A stretch of 64,000 nucleotides of DNA, from contig JAUCBJ010005946.1 of NCBI GenBank assembly GCA_032718475.1, positions 18,644-82,643 on the forward strand. The letters run 5' to 3'. This stretch comes from Nemertoderma westbladi. Its lineage: Eukaryota; Animalia; Xenacoelomorpha. Shown here one piece after another: positions 12,001-24,915 of this stretch. The notes below the pieces were generated by a model. It searched no databases. It was not told the DNA's origin and was given only the letters and a program-made list of their open reading frames with translations. The position numbers and the translations under genes are program-made. The stretch's first letter is position 1; each line of letters starts with the position of its first letter.

Positions 12001-15000
12001 GTTATACCTGTTACATTACTTGGTTCATGATGTTAGATAGGTAGCTTATACTTGTTACATTACTTGGTTCATGATGTTAGATAGGTATGTTATACTTGTT
12101 ACATTACTTGGTTCATGATGTTAGATAGGTATGTTATACTTGTTACATTACTTGGTTCATGATGTTAGATAGGTATGCTATACTTGTTACATTACTTGGT
12201 TCATGATGTTAGATAGGTAGGTTATACTTGTTAAATTACTTGGTTCATGATGTTAGATAGGTATGTTATACTTGTTACATTACTTGGTTCATGGTGTTAG
12301 ATAGGTATGTTATACTTGTTACATAACTTGGTTTATGATGTTAGATAGGTATGTTATACTTGTTACATTACTTGGTTCATGATGTTAGATAGGTAGGTTA
12401 TACTTGTTACATTACTTGGTTCATGATGTTAGATAGGCATGTTATACTTGTTATATAACTTGGTTCATGATGTTAGATAGGTATGTTATACTTTTTACAT
12501 TACTCTGTTCATGATTTTAGATAGGTAGGTTATACTTGTTACATTACTTGGCTTATGATGTTCGATTAAGGCAGGTTATACTTGTTATATTACTTGGTTC
12601 ATGGTGTTAGATAGGTAGGTTATACCTGTTACATTACTCTGTTCATGATTTTAGATAGGTAGGTTATACTTGTTACATTACTTGGTTTATGATGTTCGAT
12701 TAAGGCAGGTTATACTTGTTACATTACTTGGTTCATGATGTTAGATAGGTATGTTATACTTGTTACATAACTTGGTTCATGATGTTAGATAGGTATGTTA
12801 TACTTGTTACATTACTTGGTTCATGATGTTAGATAGGTATGTTATACTTGTTACATTACTTGGTTCATGATGTTAGATAGGTATGTTATACTTGTTACAT
12901 TACTTGGTTCATGATGTTAGATAGGTATGCTATACTTGTTACATTACTTGGTTCATGATGTTAGATAGGTATGCTATACTTGTTACATTACTTGGTTCAT
13001 GATGTTAGATAGGTATGTTATACTTGTTACATTACTTGGTTCATGATGTTAGATAGGTATGTTATACTTGTTACATTACTTGGTTCATGATGTTAGATAG
13101 GTAGGTTATACTTGTTACGTTACTTGGTTCATGATGTGAAATAGGTAGGTTATACCTGTTACATAACTTGGTTCATGATGTTAGATAAGTAGGTTATACT
13201 TGTTACATTGCTTGGTTCATGATGTTAGACAGATATATTATACTTGTTACATTACTTGGTTCATGATGTTAGATAGGTAGGTTATACTTGTTACGTTACT
13301 TGGTTCATGATGTGAAATAGGTAGGTTATACCTGTTACATAACTTGGTTCATGATGTTAGATAGGTTAAGTTTATACCTGTTACATTACTTGGTTCATGG
13401 TGTTTGATAGGTAGGTTATACTTGTTACAATACTTGGTTCATGGTGTTAGATATGTAAGTTATACCTGTTACATTACTTGGTTCATGATGTTAGATAGGT
13501 AGGTTATACTTGTTACGTTACTTGGTTCATGATGTTAGATAGGTAGGTTATACCTGTTACATTACTTGGTTCATGATGTTAGATAGGTAGGTTATACTTG
13601 TTACGTTACTTGGTTCATGATGTGAAATAGGTAGGTTATACCTGTTACATAACTTGGTTCATGATGTTAGATAGGTTAAGTTTATACCTGTTCCATTACT
13701 TGGTTCATGGTGTTAGATAGGTAGGTTATACTTGTTACAATACTTGGTTCATGGTGTTAGATATGTAGGTTATACCTGTTACATTACTTGGTTCATGATG
13801 TTAGATAGGTAGGTTATACTTGTTACATTACTTGGTTCATGATGTTAGATAGGTATGTTATACTTGTTACATTACTTGGTTCATGATGTTAGATAGGTAT
13901 GTTATACTTGTTACATTACTTGGTTCATGATGTTAGATAGGTATGCTATACTTGTTACATTACTTGGTTCATGATGTTAGATAGGTAGGTTATACTTGTT
14001 ACATTACTTGGTTCATGATGTTAGATAGGTATGTTATACTTGTTACAATACTTGGTTCATGATGTTAGATAGGTATGTTATACTTGTTACATTACTTGGT
14101 TCATGATGTTAGATAGGTATGTTATACTTGTTACATTACTTGGTTCATGATGTTAGATAGGTATGCTATACTTGTTACATTACTTGGTTCATGATGTTAG
14201 ATATGTAGGTTATACCTGTTACATTACTTGGTTCATGATGTTAGATAGGTAGGTTATACTTGTTACATTACTTGGTTCATGATGTTAGATAGGTATGTTA
14301 TACTTGTTACATTACTTGGTTCATGATGTTAGATAGGTATGTTATACTTGTTACATTACTTGGTTCATGATGTTAGATAGGTATGCTATACTTGTTACAT
14401 TACTTGGTTCATGATGTTAGATAGGTAGGTTATACTTGTTACATTACTTGGTTCATGATGTTAGATAGGTATGTTATACTTGTTACATTACTTGGTTCAT
14501 GATGTTAGATAGGTATGTTATACTTGTTACATTACTTGGTTCATGATGTTAGATAGGTATGCTATACTTGTTACATTACTTGGTTCATGATGTTAGATAG
14601 GTAGGTTATACTTGTTACAATACTTGGTTCATGGTGTTAGATATGTAGGTTATACCTGTTACATTACTTGGTTCATGATGTTAGATAGGTAGGTTATACT
14701 TGTTACATTACTTGGTTCATGATGTTAGATAGGTATGTTATACTTGTTACATTACTTGGTTCATGATGTTAGATAGGTATGTTATACTTGTTACATTACT
14801 TGGTTCATGATGTTAGATAGGTATGCTATACTTGTTACATTACTTGGTTCATGATGTTAGATAGGTAGGTTTTACTTGTTATATTACTTGGTTCATGATG
14901 TTAGATAGGTAGGTTATACTTGTTACAATACTTGGTTCATGGTGTTAGATATGTAGGTTATACCTGTTACATTACTTGGTTCATGATGTTAGATAGGTAG

Positions 15001-18000
15001 CTTATACTTGTTACATTACTTGGTTCATGATGTTAGATAGGTATGTTATACTTGTTACATTACTTGGTTCATGATGTTAGATAGGTATGTTATACTTGTT
15101 ACATTACTTGGTTCATGATGTTAGATAGGTATGCTATACTTGTTACATTACTTGGTTCATGATGTTAGATAGGTAGGTTATACTTGTTACATTACTTGGT
15201 TCATGATGTTAGATAGGTATGTTATACTTGTTACAATACTTGGTTCATGATGTTAGATAGGTATGTTATACTTGTTACATTACTTGGTTCATGATGTTAG
15301 ATAGGTATGTTATACTTGTTACATTACTTGGTTCATGATGTTAGATAGGTATGCTATACTTGTTACATTACTTGGTTCATGATGTTAGATATGTAGGTTA
15401 TACCTGTTACATTACTTGGTTCATGATGTTAGATAGGTAGGTTATACTTGTTACATTACTTGGTTCATGATGTTAGATAGGTATGTTATACTTGTTACAT
15501 TACTTGGTTCATGATGTTAGATAGGTATGTTATACTTGTTACATTACTTGGTTCATGATGTTAGATAGGTATGCTATACTTGTTACATTACTTGGTTCAT
15601 GATGTTAGATAGGTAGGTTATACTTGTTACATTACTTGGTTCATGATGTTAGATAGGTATGTTATACTTGTTACATTACTTGGTTCATGATGTTAGATAG
15701 GTATGTTATACTTGTTACATTACTTGGTTCATGATGTTAGATAGGTATGCTATACTTGTTACATTACTTGGTTCATGATGTTAGATAGGTAGGTTATACT
15801 TGTTACATTACTTGGTTCATGATGTTAGATAGGTATGTTATACTTGTTACATTACTTGGTTCATGATGTTAGATAGGTATGTTATACTTGTTACATTACT
15901 TGGTTCATGATGTTAGATAGGTATGCTATACTTGTTACATTACTTGGTTCATGATGTTAGATAGGTAGGTTTTACTTGTTATATTACTTGGTTCATGATG
16001 TTAGATAGGTAGGTTATACTTGTTACAATACTTGGTTCATGGTGTTAGATATGTAGGTTATACCTGTTACATTACTTGGTTCATGATGTTAGATAGGTAG
16101 CTTATACTTGTTACATTACTTGGTTCATGATGTTAGATAGGTATGTTATACTTGTTACATTACTTGGTTCATGATGTTAGATAGGTATGTTATACTTGTT
16201 ACATTACTTGGTTCATGATGTTAGATAGGTATGCTATACTTGTTACATTACTTGGTTCATGATGTTAGATAGGTAGGTTATACTTGTTAAATTACTTGGT
16301 TCATGATGTTAGATAGGTATGTTATACTTGTTACATTACTTGGTTCATGGTGTTAGATAGGTATGTTATACTTGTTACATAACTTGGTTTATGATGTTAG
16401 ATAGGTATGTTATACTTGTTACATTACTTGGTTCATGATGTTAGATAGGTAGGTTATACTTGTTACATTACTTGGTTCATGATGTTAGATAGGCATGTTA
16501 TACTTGTTATATAACTTGGTTCATGATGTTAGATAGGTATGTTATACTTTTTACATTACTCTGTTCATGATTTTAGATAGGTAGGTTATACTTGTTACAT
16601 TACTTGGCTTATGATGTTCGATTAAGGCAGGTTATACTTGTTATATTACTTGGTTCATGGTGTTAGATAGGTAGGTTATACCTGTTACATTACTCTGTTC
16701 ATGATTTTAGATAGGTAGGTTATACTTGTTACATTACTTGGTTTATGATGTTCGATTAAGGCAGGTTATACTTGTTACATTACTTGGTTCATGATGTTAG
16801 ATAGGTATGTTATACTTGTTACATAACTTGGTTCATGATGTTAGATAGGTATGTTATACTTGTTACATTACTTGGTTCATGATGTTAGATAGGTATGTTA
16901 TACTTGTTACATTACTTGGTTCATGATGTTAGATAGGTATGTTATACTTGTTACATTACTTGGTTCATGATGTTAGATAGGTATGCTATACTTGTTACAT
17001 TACTTGGTTCATGATGTTAGATAGGTATGCTATACTTGTTACATTACTTGGTTCATGATGTTAGATAGGTATGTTATACTTGTTACATTACTTGGTTCAT
17101 GATGTTAGATAGGTATGTTATACTTGTTACATTACTTGGTTCATGATGTTAGATAGGTAGGTTATACTTGTTACGTTACTTGGTTCATGATGTGAAATAG
17201 GTAGGTTATACCTGTTACATAACTTGGTTCATGATGTTAGATAAGTAGGTTATACTTGTTACATTGCTTGGTTCATGATGTTAGACAGATATATTATACT
17301 TGTTACATTACTTGGTTCATGATGTTAGATAGGTAGGTTATACTTGTTACGTTACTTGGTTCATGATGTGAAATAGGTAGGTTATACCTGTTACATAACT
17401 TGGTTCATGATGTTAGATAAGTAGGTTATACTTGTTACATTGCTTGGTTCATGATGTTAGACAGATATATTATACTTGTTACATTACTTGGTTCATGATG
17501 TTAGATAGGTAGGTTATACTTGTTACGTTACTTGGTTCATGATGTTAGATAGGTAGGTTATACTTGTTACGTTACTTGGTTCATGATGTTAGATAGGTAG
17601 GTTATACCTGTTACATTACTTGGTTCATGATGTTAGATAGGTAGGTTATACTTGTTACGTTACTTGGTTCATGATGTGAAATAGGTAGGTTATACCTGTT
17701 ACATAACTTGGTTCATGATGTTAGATAGGTTAAGTTTATACCTGTTCCATTACTTGGTTCATGGTGTTAGATAGGTAGGTTATACTTGTTACAATACTTG
17801 GTTCATGGTGTTAGATATGTAGGTTATACCTGTTACATTACTTGGTTCATGATGTTAGATAGGTAGGTTATACTTGTTACATTACTTGGTTCATGATGTT
17901 AGATAGGTATGTTATACTTGTTACATTACTTGGTTCATGATGTTAGATAGGTATGTTATACTTGTTACATTACTTGGTTCATGATGTTAGATAGGTATGC

Positions 18001-20660
18001 TATACTTGTTACATTACTTGGTTCATGATGTTAGATAGGTAGGTTATACTTGTTACATTACTTGGTTCATGATGTTAGATAGGTATGTTATACTTGTTAC
18101 AATACTTGGTTCATGATGTTAGATAGGTATGTTATACTTGTTACATTACTTGGTTCATGATGTTAGATAGGTATGTTATACTTGTTACATTACTTGGTTC
18201 ATGATGTTAGATAGGTATGCTATACTTGTTACATTACTTGGTTCATGATGTTAGATATGTAGGTTATACCTGTTACATTACTTGGTTCATGATGTTAGAT
18301 AGGTAGGTTATACTTGTTACATTACTTGGTTCATGATGTTAGATAGGTATGTTATACTTGTTACATTACTTGGTTCATGATGTTAGATAGGTATGTTATA
18401 CTTGTTACATTACTTGGTTCATGATGTTAGATAGGTATGCTATACTTGTTACATTACTTGGTTCATGATGTTAGATAGGTAGGTTATACTTGTTACATTA
18501 CTTGGTTCATGATGTTAGATAGGTATGTTATACTTGTTACATTACTTGGTTCATGATGTTAGATAGGTATGTTATACTTGTTACATTACTTGGTTCATGA
18601 TGTTAGATAGGTATGCTATACTTGTTACATTACTTGGTTCATGATGTTAGATAGGTAGGTTATACTTGTTACAATACTTGGTTCATGGTGTTAGATATGT
18701 AGGTTATACCTGTTACATTACTTGGTTCATGATGTTAGATAGGTAGGTTATACTTGTTACATTACTTGGTTCATGATGTTAGATAGGTATGTTATACTTG
18801 TTACATTACTTGGTTCATGATGTTAGATAGGTATGTTATACTTGTTACATTACTTGGTTCATGATGTTAGATAGGTATGCTATACTTGTTACATTACTTG
18901 GTTCATGATGTTAGATAGGTAGGTTTTACTTGTTATATTACTTGGTTCATGATGTTAGATAGGTAGGTTATACTTGTTACAATACTTGGTTCATGGTGTT
19001 AGATATGTAGGTTATACCTGTTACATTACTTGGTTCATGATGTTAGATAGGTAGCTTATACTTGTTACATTACTTGGTTCATGATGTTAGATAGGTATGT
19101 TATACTTGTTACATTACTTGGTTCATGATGTTAGATAGGTATGTTATACTTGTTACATTACTTGGTTCATGATGTTAGATAGGTATGCTATACTTGTTAC
19201 ATTACTTGTTTCATGATGTTAGATAGGTAGGTTATACTTGTTAAATTACTTGGTTCATGATGTTAGATAGGTATGTTATACTTGTTACATTACTTGGTTC
19301 ATGGTGTTAGATAGGTATGTTATACTTGTTACATAACTTGGTTTATGATGTTAGATAGGTATGTTATACTTGTTACATTACTTGGTTCATGATGTTAGAT
19401 AGGTAGGTTATACTTGTTACATTACTTGGTTCATGATGTTAGATAGGCATGTTATACTTGTTATATAACTTGGTTCATGATGTTAGATAGGTATGTTATA
19501 CTTTTTACATTACTCTGTTCATGATTTTAGATAGGTAGGTTATACTTGTTACATTACTTGGCTTATGATGTTCGATTAAGGCAGGTTATACTTGTTATAT
19601 TACTTGGTTCATGGTGTTAGATAGGTAGGTTATACCTGTTACATTACTCTGTTCATGATTTTAGATAGGTAGGTTATACTTGTTACATTACTCGGTTTAT
19701 GATGTTCGATTAAGGCAGGTTATACTTGTTACATTACTTGGTTCATGATGTTAGATAGGTATGTTATACTTGTTACATAACTTGGTTCATGATGTTAGAT
19801 AGGTAGGTTATACTTGTTACATTACTCTGTTCATGATGTTAGATAGGTAGGTTATACTTGTTACATTACTCTGTTCATGATGTTAGATAGGTAGGTTATA
19901 TTTGTTACATTACTTGGTTCATGATGTTAGATAGGTAGGTTATACTTGTTACATTACTTGGTTTATGATGTTCGATTAAGGCAGGTTATACTTGTTATAT
20001 TACTTGGTTCATGGTGTTAGATAGGTAGGTTATACTTGTTACATTACTCTGTTCATGATTTTAGATATGTAGGTTATACTTGTTACATTACTTGGTTTAT
20101 GATGTTCGATTAAGGCAGGTTATACTTGTTATATTACTTGGTTCATGGTGTTAGATAGGTAGGTTATACTTGTTACATTACTCTGTTCATGATTTTAGAT
20201 AGGTAGGTTATACTTGTTACATTACTTGGTTTATGATGTTCGATTAAGGCAGGTTATACTTGTTACATTACTTGGTTCATGATGTTAGATCGGTAGGTTA
20301 TACTTGTTACATTACTTGGTTCATGACGTTAGATAGGTAGGTTATACTTGTTTCATTACTTGGTTCATGGTGTTAGATAGGTTTGTTGTACTTGTTACAT
20401 TACTTGGTTCATGATGTTAGATAGGTAGGTTATCCCTGTTACATTACTTGGTTAATGATGTTAGATAGGTATGTTATACTAGTTACATTACTTGGTTCAT
20501 GATGTTAGATTATTACTGTTAATTGTTACTGTACCTGTTAATTTACTTCGTTCATAATCATAATGTTAAATAGGTAGGTTATACTTGTTACATTTTCACT
20601 TGGTTCATGATGTTATTAGGTAAGGTTAGATCATTTACATTACTTGGTTCACAATGGTAG
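6057..20660 (+). repeat. 44-bp minisatellite, about 330 copies, filling the intron; unit is 34 nt of exon end plus 10 nt of intron start
   Basis: Unit C(C/T)TGTTACATTACTTGGTTCATGATGTTAGATAG|GTAGGTTATA. The first copy is the coding end of the exon, and the array degenerates after about 20500. Confidence 0.98.
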
Positions 20661-20699
20661 GTGGTAGATCTGTTCAATTTTTTTGTGGATTGTTTTCAG

Positions 20700-20815
20700 A
20701 CAAGATATCAGAAATGCAATGTATAACTCACATGCGAGACTGGCTATTATGTCGAAAGATGAAGCATCTAATGATATGCCTGAACATATTAACAGAGCTG
20801 ATAGTGGTGTTAGAG
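20700..20815 (+). CDS. Metallopeptidase gene exon
   Basis: ttttcag acceptor; QDIRNAMYNSHARLAIMSKDEASNDMPEHINRADSGVR(G); donor gtgaag, phase 1. Confidence 0.85.
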
Positions 20816-22073
20816 GTGAAGTATTAATAGTTATTTTATAGTTAATTGAAGGAAACTCAAATACAATGTTCTGTTTGAAACTATTTTTAGTATCCAGTTG
20901 ATTTAGTTATATTAAGATGTATACAAATTGAACCTACCCTCATAGCGATCCTACTGAAATCTCCTAAGCAAGTTCGACCATACAAATATGCGATGATATC
21001 AACCCTCCAGATACCAGCCCCCCCCCCCCCCCCCCCACCCCCCACAAGGCAGATTAATACTTACTCATCAGAGGAAAAACTGAACAGCAGGGACGAAGTT
21101 TGACATGATCAATTGGTCAATTGAGGTTGCTCCAGATGCTGATGTTGTTAGCATATCCATTCGCTGCACCACCCAGTAAGAAAATGGGGAACTGTGATTT
21201 ACGAATCACAACCAAGTATGCAATATCACCCAGAAGTAGTATTGCATACCAGAAGGGAAAGGGGCAATAATGCCAGCTTGGAGATGACACAAACACATCT
21301 CAGGGAGAAGCTGGCATAGGGCCAGGGGAGATAGGGAGTGGCCAAAGAGTAAACCAATCAATAGTGGGGTGGCACACCATCAATTAGCGCGCATCTATTG
21401 GTAGGTCAAAAAAGTAGGTAGTATGTGTAATCTTCCATGCAATATCTATATAACTGTTACTCAGTGTTAATTATGATTCAGTTGGCTATTAACCAGTGTA
21501 GGAGTCAAACGGTTTTAACCGTCGTTGTTACTGCTGTCATTGTGCAATACTGATCGTGCTGTTTTACCGGTACTTATATATCAGACAACATTATCAATAC
21601 GATAAACAAAACTCTGTGTTATTGTTACACCAGCAATCGGCCTTTCAGTCCCTTGAATCACACTAGGCGGACACGGACATACGACAAACACCAGTCAGGA
21701 TCCACTTGCCAACTGGGATCCCATCACAGATGCCGTGTTTCCCTGATGGCATCTGAAAGAGTTTCCATGCTGTCTTTCCTGGACTATATTCATATCACCA
21801 CATCTTCAAGTCTCAATGGAAGTATGTGCTCGCACCACCCAAGAGGATTATAACCTAATATCTTCAAATTACTCCTTTAGCAGTCCAACAGGGCATCATA
21901 TAGGCCCCTTGAGACATCCAAAGGATATGTGTATCACCTCAAAAACTTCCATTATTCGGAAAGTGTATCGAAATCAAATAATAGCCTCGGATCAACCCTA
22001 AATCCAAAGTTCTGCCTGTGATCAGTGTCTTAGTATGATCAATTTAAACTGGATTACATTTATAAATATACAG

Positions 22074-22292
22074 GTTTGGGAGGAACGCAGATGGAACCAC
22101 TGTGTTCTGGTGCTGAGGAGAACCTTCTGTATTATCCTTACACAGAAGATGCTTACTATGGTAATAACATCTACCTTCACGAACTGGGCCATGGTATTCA
22201 TCTAATCGGTGTCATGGGAGGCGACCCTCAACTTTACGCTGATATAGATAATACTTGGCAGACATCGAAGTCACTATGGGTAAACTGTTACG
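22074..22292 (+). CDS. Metallopeptidase gene exon carrying the HELGH zinc-binding motif
   Basis: tacag acceptor; LGGTQMEPLCSGAEENLL...IYLHELGHGIH...LWVNCY(G); donor gtaagg, phase 1. Confidence 0.9.
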
Positions 22293-22500
22293 GTAAGGAA
22301 GAAGAGACAAATTAGACAAACTGAATCTACTGTATGTCCAACATGCACCAATATTGTGTCTAAATTCCTGTTGTAGTATATCCTGGAAACTCACTATTTG
22401 CCAAGAAACTGTTCATTTTAATTACTGTGCTGTAATTACTGTGTTAACTATCATTTTCCATCATATGCGGCGTGATAAAAAAGTTTTCTACACTTTGCAG

Positions 22501-22727
22501 GAGCTTCGAATCCGGCTGAATGGATGGGAGAGAATATGATGTACTATTTCGATCAATCCGTTGAATCGAGCAATGCTGATGGAAGTTGCGATGGCATCAA
22601 GAATTTCGTCAACACTCGAAATGAGTTAAAAAGTTATGATAGAGCAGCCTACGATCTAACTGAGAGAATCTTCCCATGTCAAAATGAAATCATAAAGCTT
22701 GAAAGTAGAGAAGATCCTGATATAACT
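22501..22727 (+). CDS. Metallopeptidase gene exon (candidate third Zn ligand Glu in NPAEWMGE)
   Basis: ctttgcag acceptor; ASNPAEWMGENMMYYFD...NTRNELKSYD...IFPC...DPDIT; donor gtaagt, phase 0. Confidence 0.88.
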
Positions 22728-23349
22728 GTAAGTATATCAAGTAAAGGCGCATCACCAGCAGAAATGGGGGTAAACACATCGCCTACACCTACAGTAGGCC
22801 TATATGTACCAGTACGTCAGTAGGCCTATTCATCTGACTAATGATTCTCAGGTTGTTGAATCTTATTTATCTTAAATTGGGTTTCCAACAATATTCCTAA
22901 CTCTCGTTTATTGTTTTGGTTCCTTTCATCCCTAATGCAAACACAGTTTGGTTTGATGAGTTTCGACACAACAGCTAATTACTAACAAAAATATAACTGC
23001 AACCAGTTCTATTGATTTTAGATTATGTATTGGTTAGAATAACGTGCCACTGTAACCTGCTCCTTTCCCTAAATTGGTAATTTAACAATGAGACGATATG
23101 GGATTTGAGTCATATCAGCCCCCCCCCCCCCCCCCCCCCCTGTCTCACTTAGGGTTATTAGTACTGTATATGTAATACATGTCCTAATATAATTAGGATT
23201 ATTACAGATACGACCAACTGGCAGCAAAATAATATTTTAGTCATTTTAATTCTAACATTAGTAGTCAACTTAGAATTAAGAATTCACATCATTCTATTGG
23301 TAGTTTATCAGGTTGAACTAAACATTTTATTTTCCCCGTATTAATTTAG

Positions 23350-23619
23350 TGGGTTAAAGGACATTGCCAGAACGGCGGTTTCATGTGGTACACATTCAAC
23401 GACTTCCATTTGGAATCCGTCAGTGTAGCTGCTTTGGGAGAAACTTGTGATGATGGAAGTAGCGCCTGTGGATTCTGGAAAGATATTGGGGAATGCCAAA
23501 ATAATCCTGGGTTTATGTTCTCGGTATGCCGTGCTTCTTGCGGATACTGTTGGCATCATTTCGCACCAGATCCACCTAAAGCTGTGTCGGCGATAGCTCT
23601 CGCTGATGGAAATATCCAG
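23350..23619 (+). CDS. Exon encoding the ShKT domain and the start of FN3
   Basis: atttag acceptor; six-cysteine ShK pattern CDDGSSACGFWKDIGECQNNPGFMFSVCRASCGYC, then PDPPKAVSA; donor CAG|gtataa, phase 0. Confidence 0.88.
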
Positions 23620-23757
23620 GTATAACTTCTAACTCAGTACATTTCCTTAGTACATTTCAATATTAAATTTTTTAATAACTATAAATAAGTATAAGTTATA
23701 ACTATAAATAAGTAATAATAAATAAGTTTTTGAGGGTTCTTTTTTCTTTGTCTAAGC

Positions 23758-24221
23758 AATTGTGGCTGGCCACGAGAAAAGGGACCTTATGTTACCGGAG
23801 GTCGATTTGGAGTTATTAGGCCTATGAGATGCAGAATTTTACAGAGATTTTAACAAAAAAAACGGTGTCTCAATATCTATTTCCAAAAAAAAGTTATAGC
23901 GATTTATGTGAAGGTGATTCGGGTAGCTCTTTTCCTACCTACCCGTATTAGTACCTTTTATTAAAGTCCTACATTCAGACATGAAAACACTAAAACAGTG
24001 TTATATACAACACTGCAACATCTTATATTGCTTCCTGTAATTAGTTATTTCCTAGGTATCTTGAATATCAGAACCAATTTGAATTTCCCGCATCGTTTTA
24101 TACATTTCTAACTTGATAATCCAATTAAATTTGTTCAAAAATAGAGGGAAACTTTAAACGCGATTATCTCAGAATCAGGTTTTGCGACATAAGGTCCCTT
24201 TTCTCGTGGCCAGCCACAATT
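23758..24221. mobile_element. MITE with 35-bp perfect terminal inverted repeats
   Basis: AATTGTGGCTGGCCACGAGAAAAGGGACCTTATGT ... ACATAAGGTCCCTTTTCTCGTGGCCAGCCACAATT; intronic and non-coding. Confidence 0.92.
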
Positions 24222-24281
24222 TATATTTACTTATACCGAAAGAATGAATAATGATATTTTGTACATTATATGTTATTTTAG

Positions 24282-24587
24282 GTGAGCTGGGTACCTGGAC
24301 ATAACGGCGACCTCCCAAATACCTACCAACTACTCATCAAAGATGAAAGCTCTTCCTTTCAATATGGTTGGAGTGTCTCCACTCCGGAGGCTATTGTCAG
24401 TGACCTTCCCAACAGCTCTTCTTATATAGCCAGTGTCCGAGCCTGTCATATGTCTACTTGCGGAGAATACACCGATTCTACTCTATTTACCGTGGCTGGA
24501 AGTTGTTCCTGTAAACCCAACATGTCCGACATCCTCCCCGACGCTGTAATATTAACCTCTGGTGACGCAACAGCCTTAGAATATTAA
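24282..24587 (+). CDS. Terminal exon: fibronectin type III domain and stop codon
   Basis: attttag acceptor; VSWVPG...YQL...LPNSSSYIASVRA FN3 signature; TAA at 24585-24587. Confidence 0.85.
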   Translation: MSWVPGHNGDLPNTYQLLIKDESSSFQYGWSVSTPEAIVSDLPNSSSYIASVRACHMSTCGEYTDSTLFTVAGSCSCKPNMSDILPDAVILTSGDATALEY

Positions 24588-24915
24588 GTGACCACCCAAA
24601 CCTGTAGACCTGCGACCATGATATTTACATATAAACACATCAGTTAAATGTGGTGAGATGGTATCAATACTGACTATATAAAATATATATTGAAGCTAAA
24701 TAACGCATGTTGATGTTGTCATTGTTTAATTTTGCCATTTACCTTCATCAACCCGGTTCATACAATACCGAAATAAAAATTGTCACCCCTGCATAATACG
24801 TTAATTCATTATTTAATGATAAATGTATGTGGGATACTGTAAAAGCAATACGTTAACTTTGAAATGAAATACGTTAACTTTGTATTAAAAGATGTCCAAA
24901 AATACTCACATTCAC

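Noticed and set aside
6057-20660. CRISPR array
   Set aside because: Units are head-to-tail with no unique spacers, there are no cas genes, and the context is a eukaryotic intron. The same applies to the other arrays.
20940-22000. Short intronic ORFs or an extra exon
   Set aside because: Exons ending at 20815 and starting at 22074 join in frame to give the RGLGG motif. The intervening ORFs show no recognisable motifs and are probably repeat debris.
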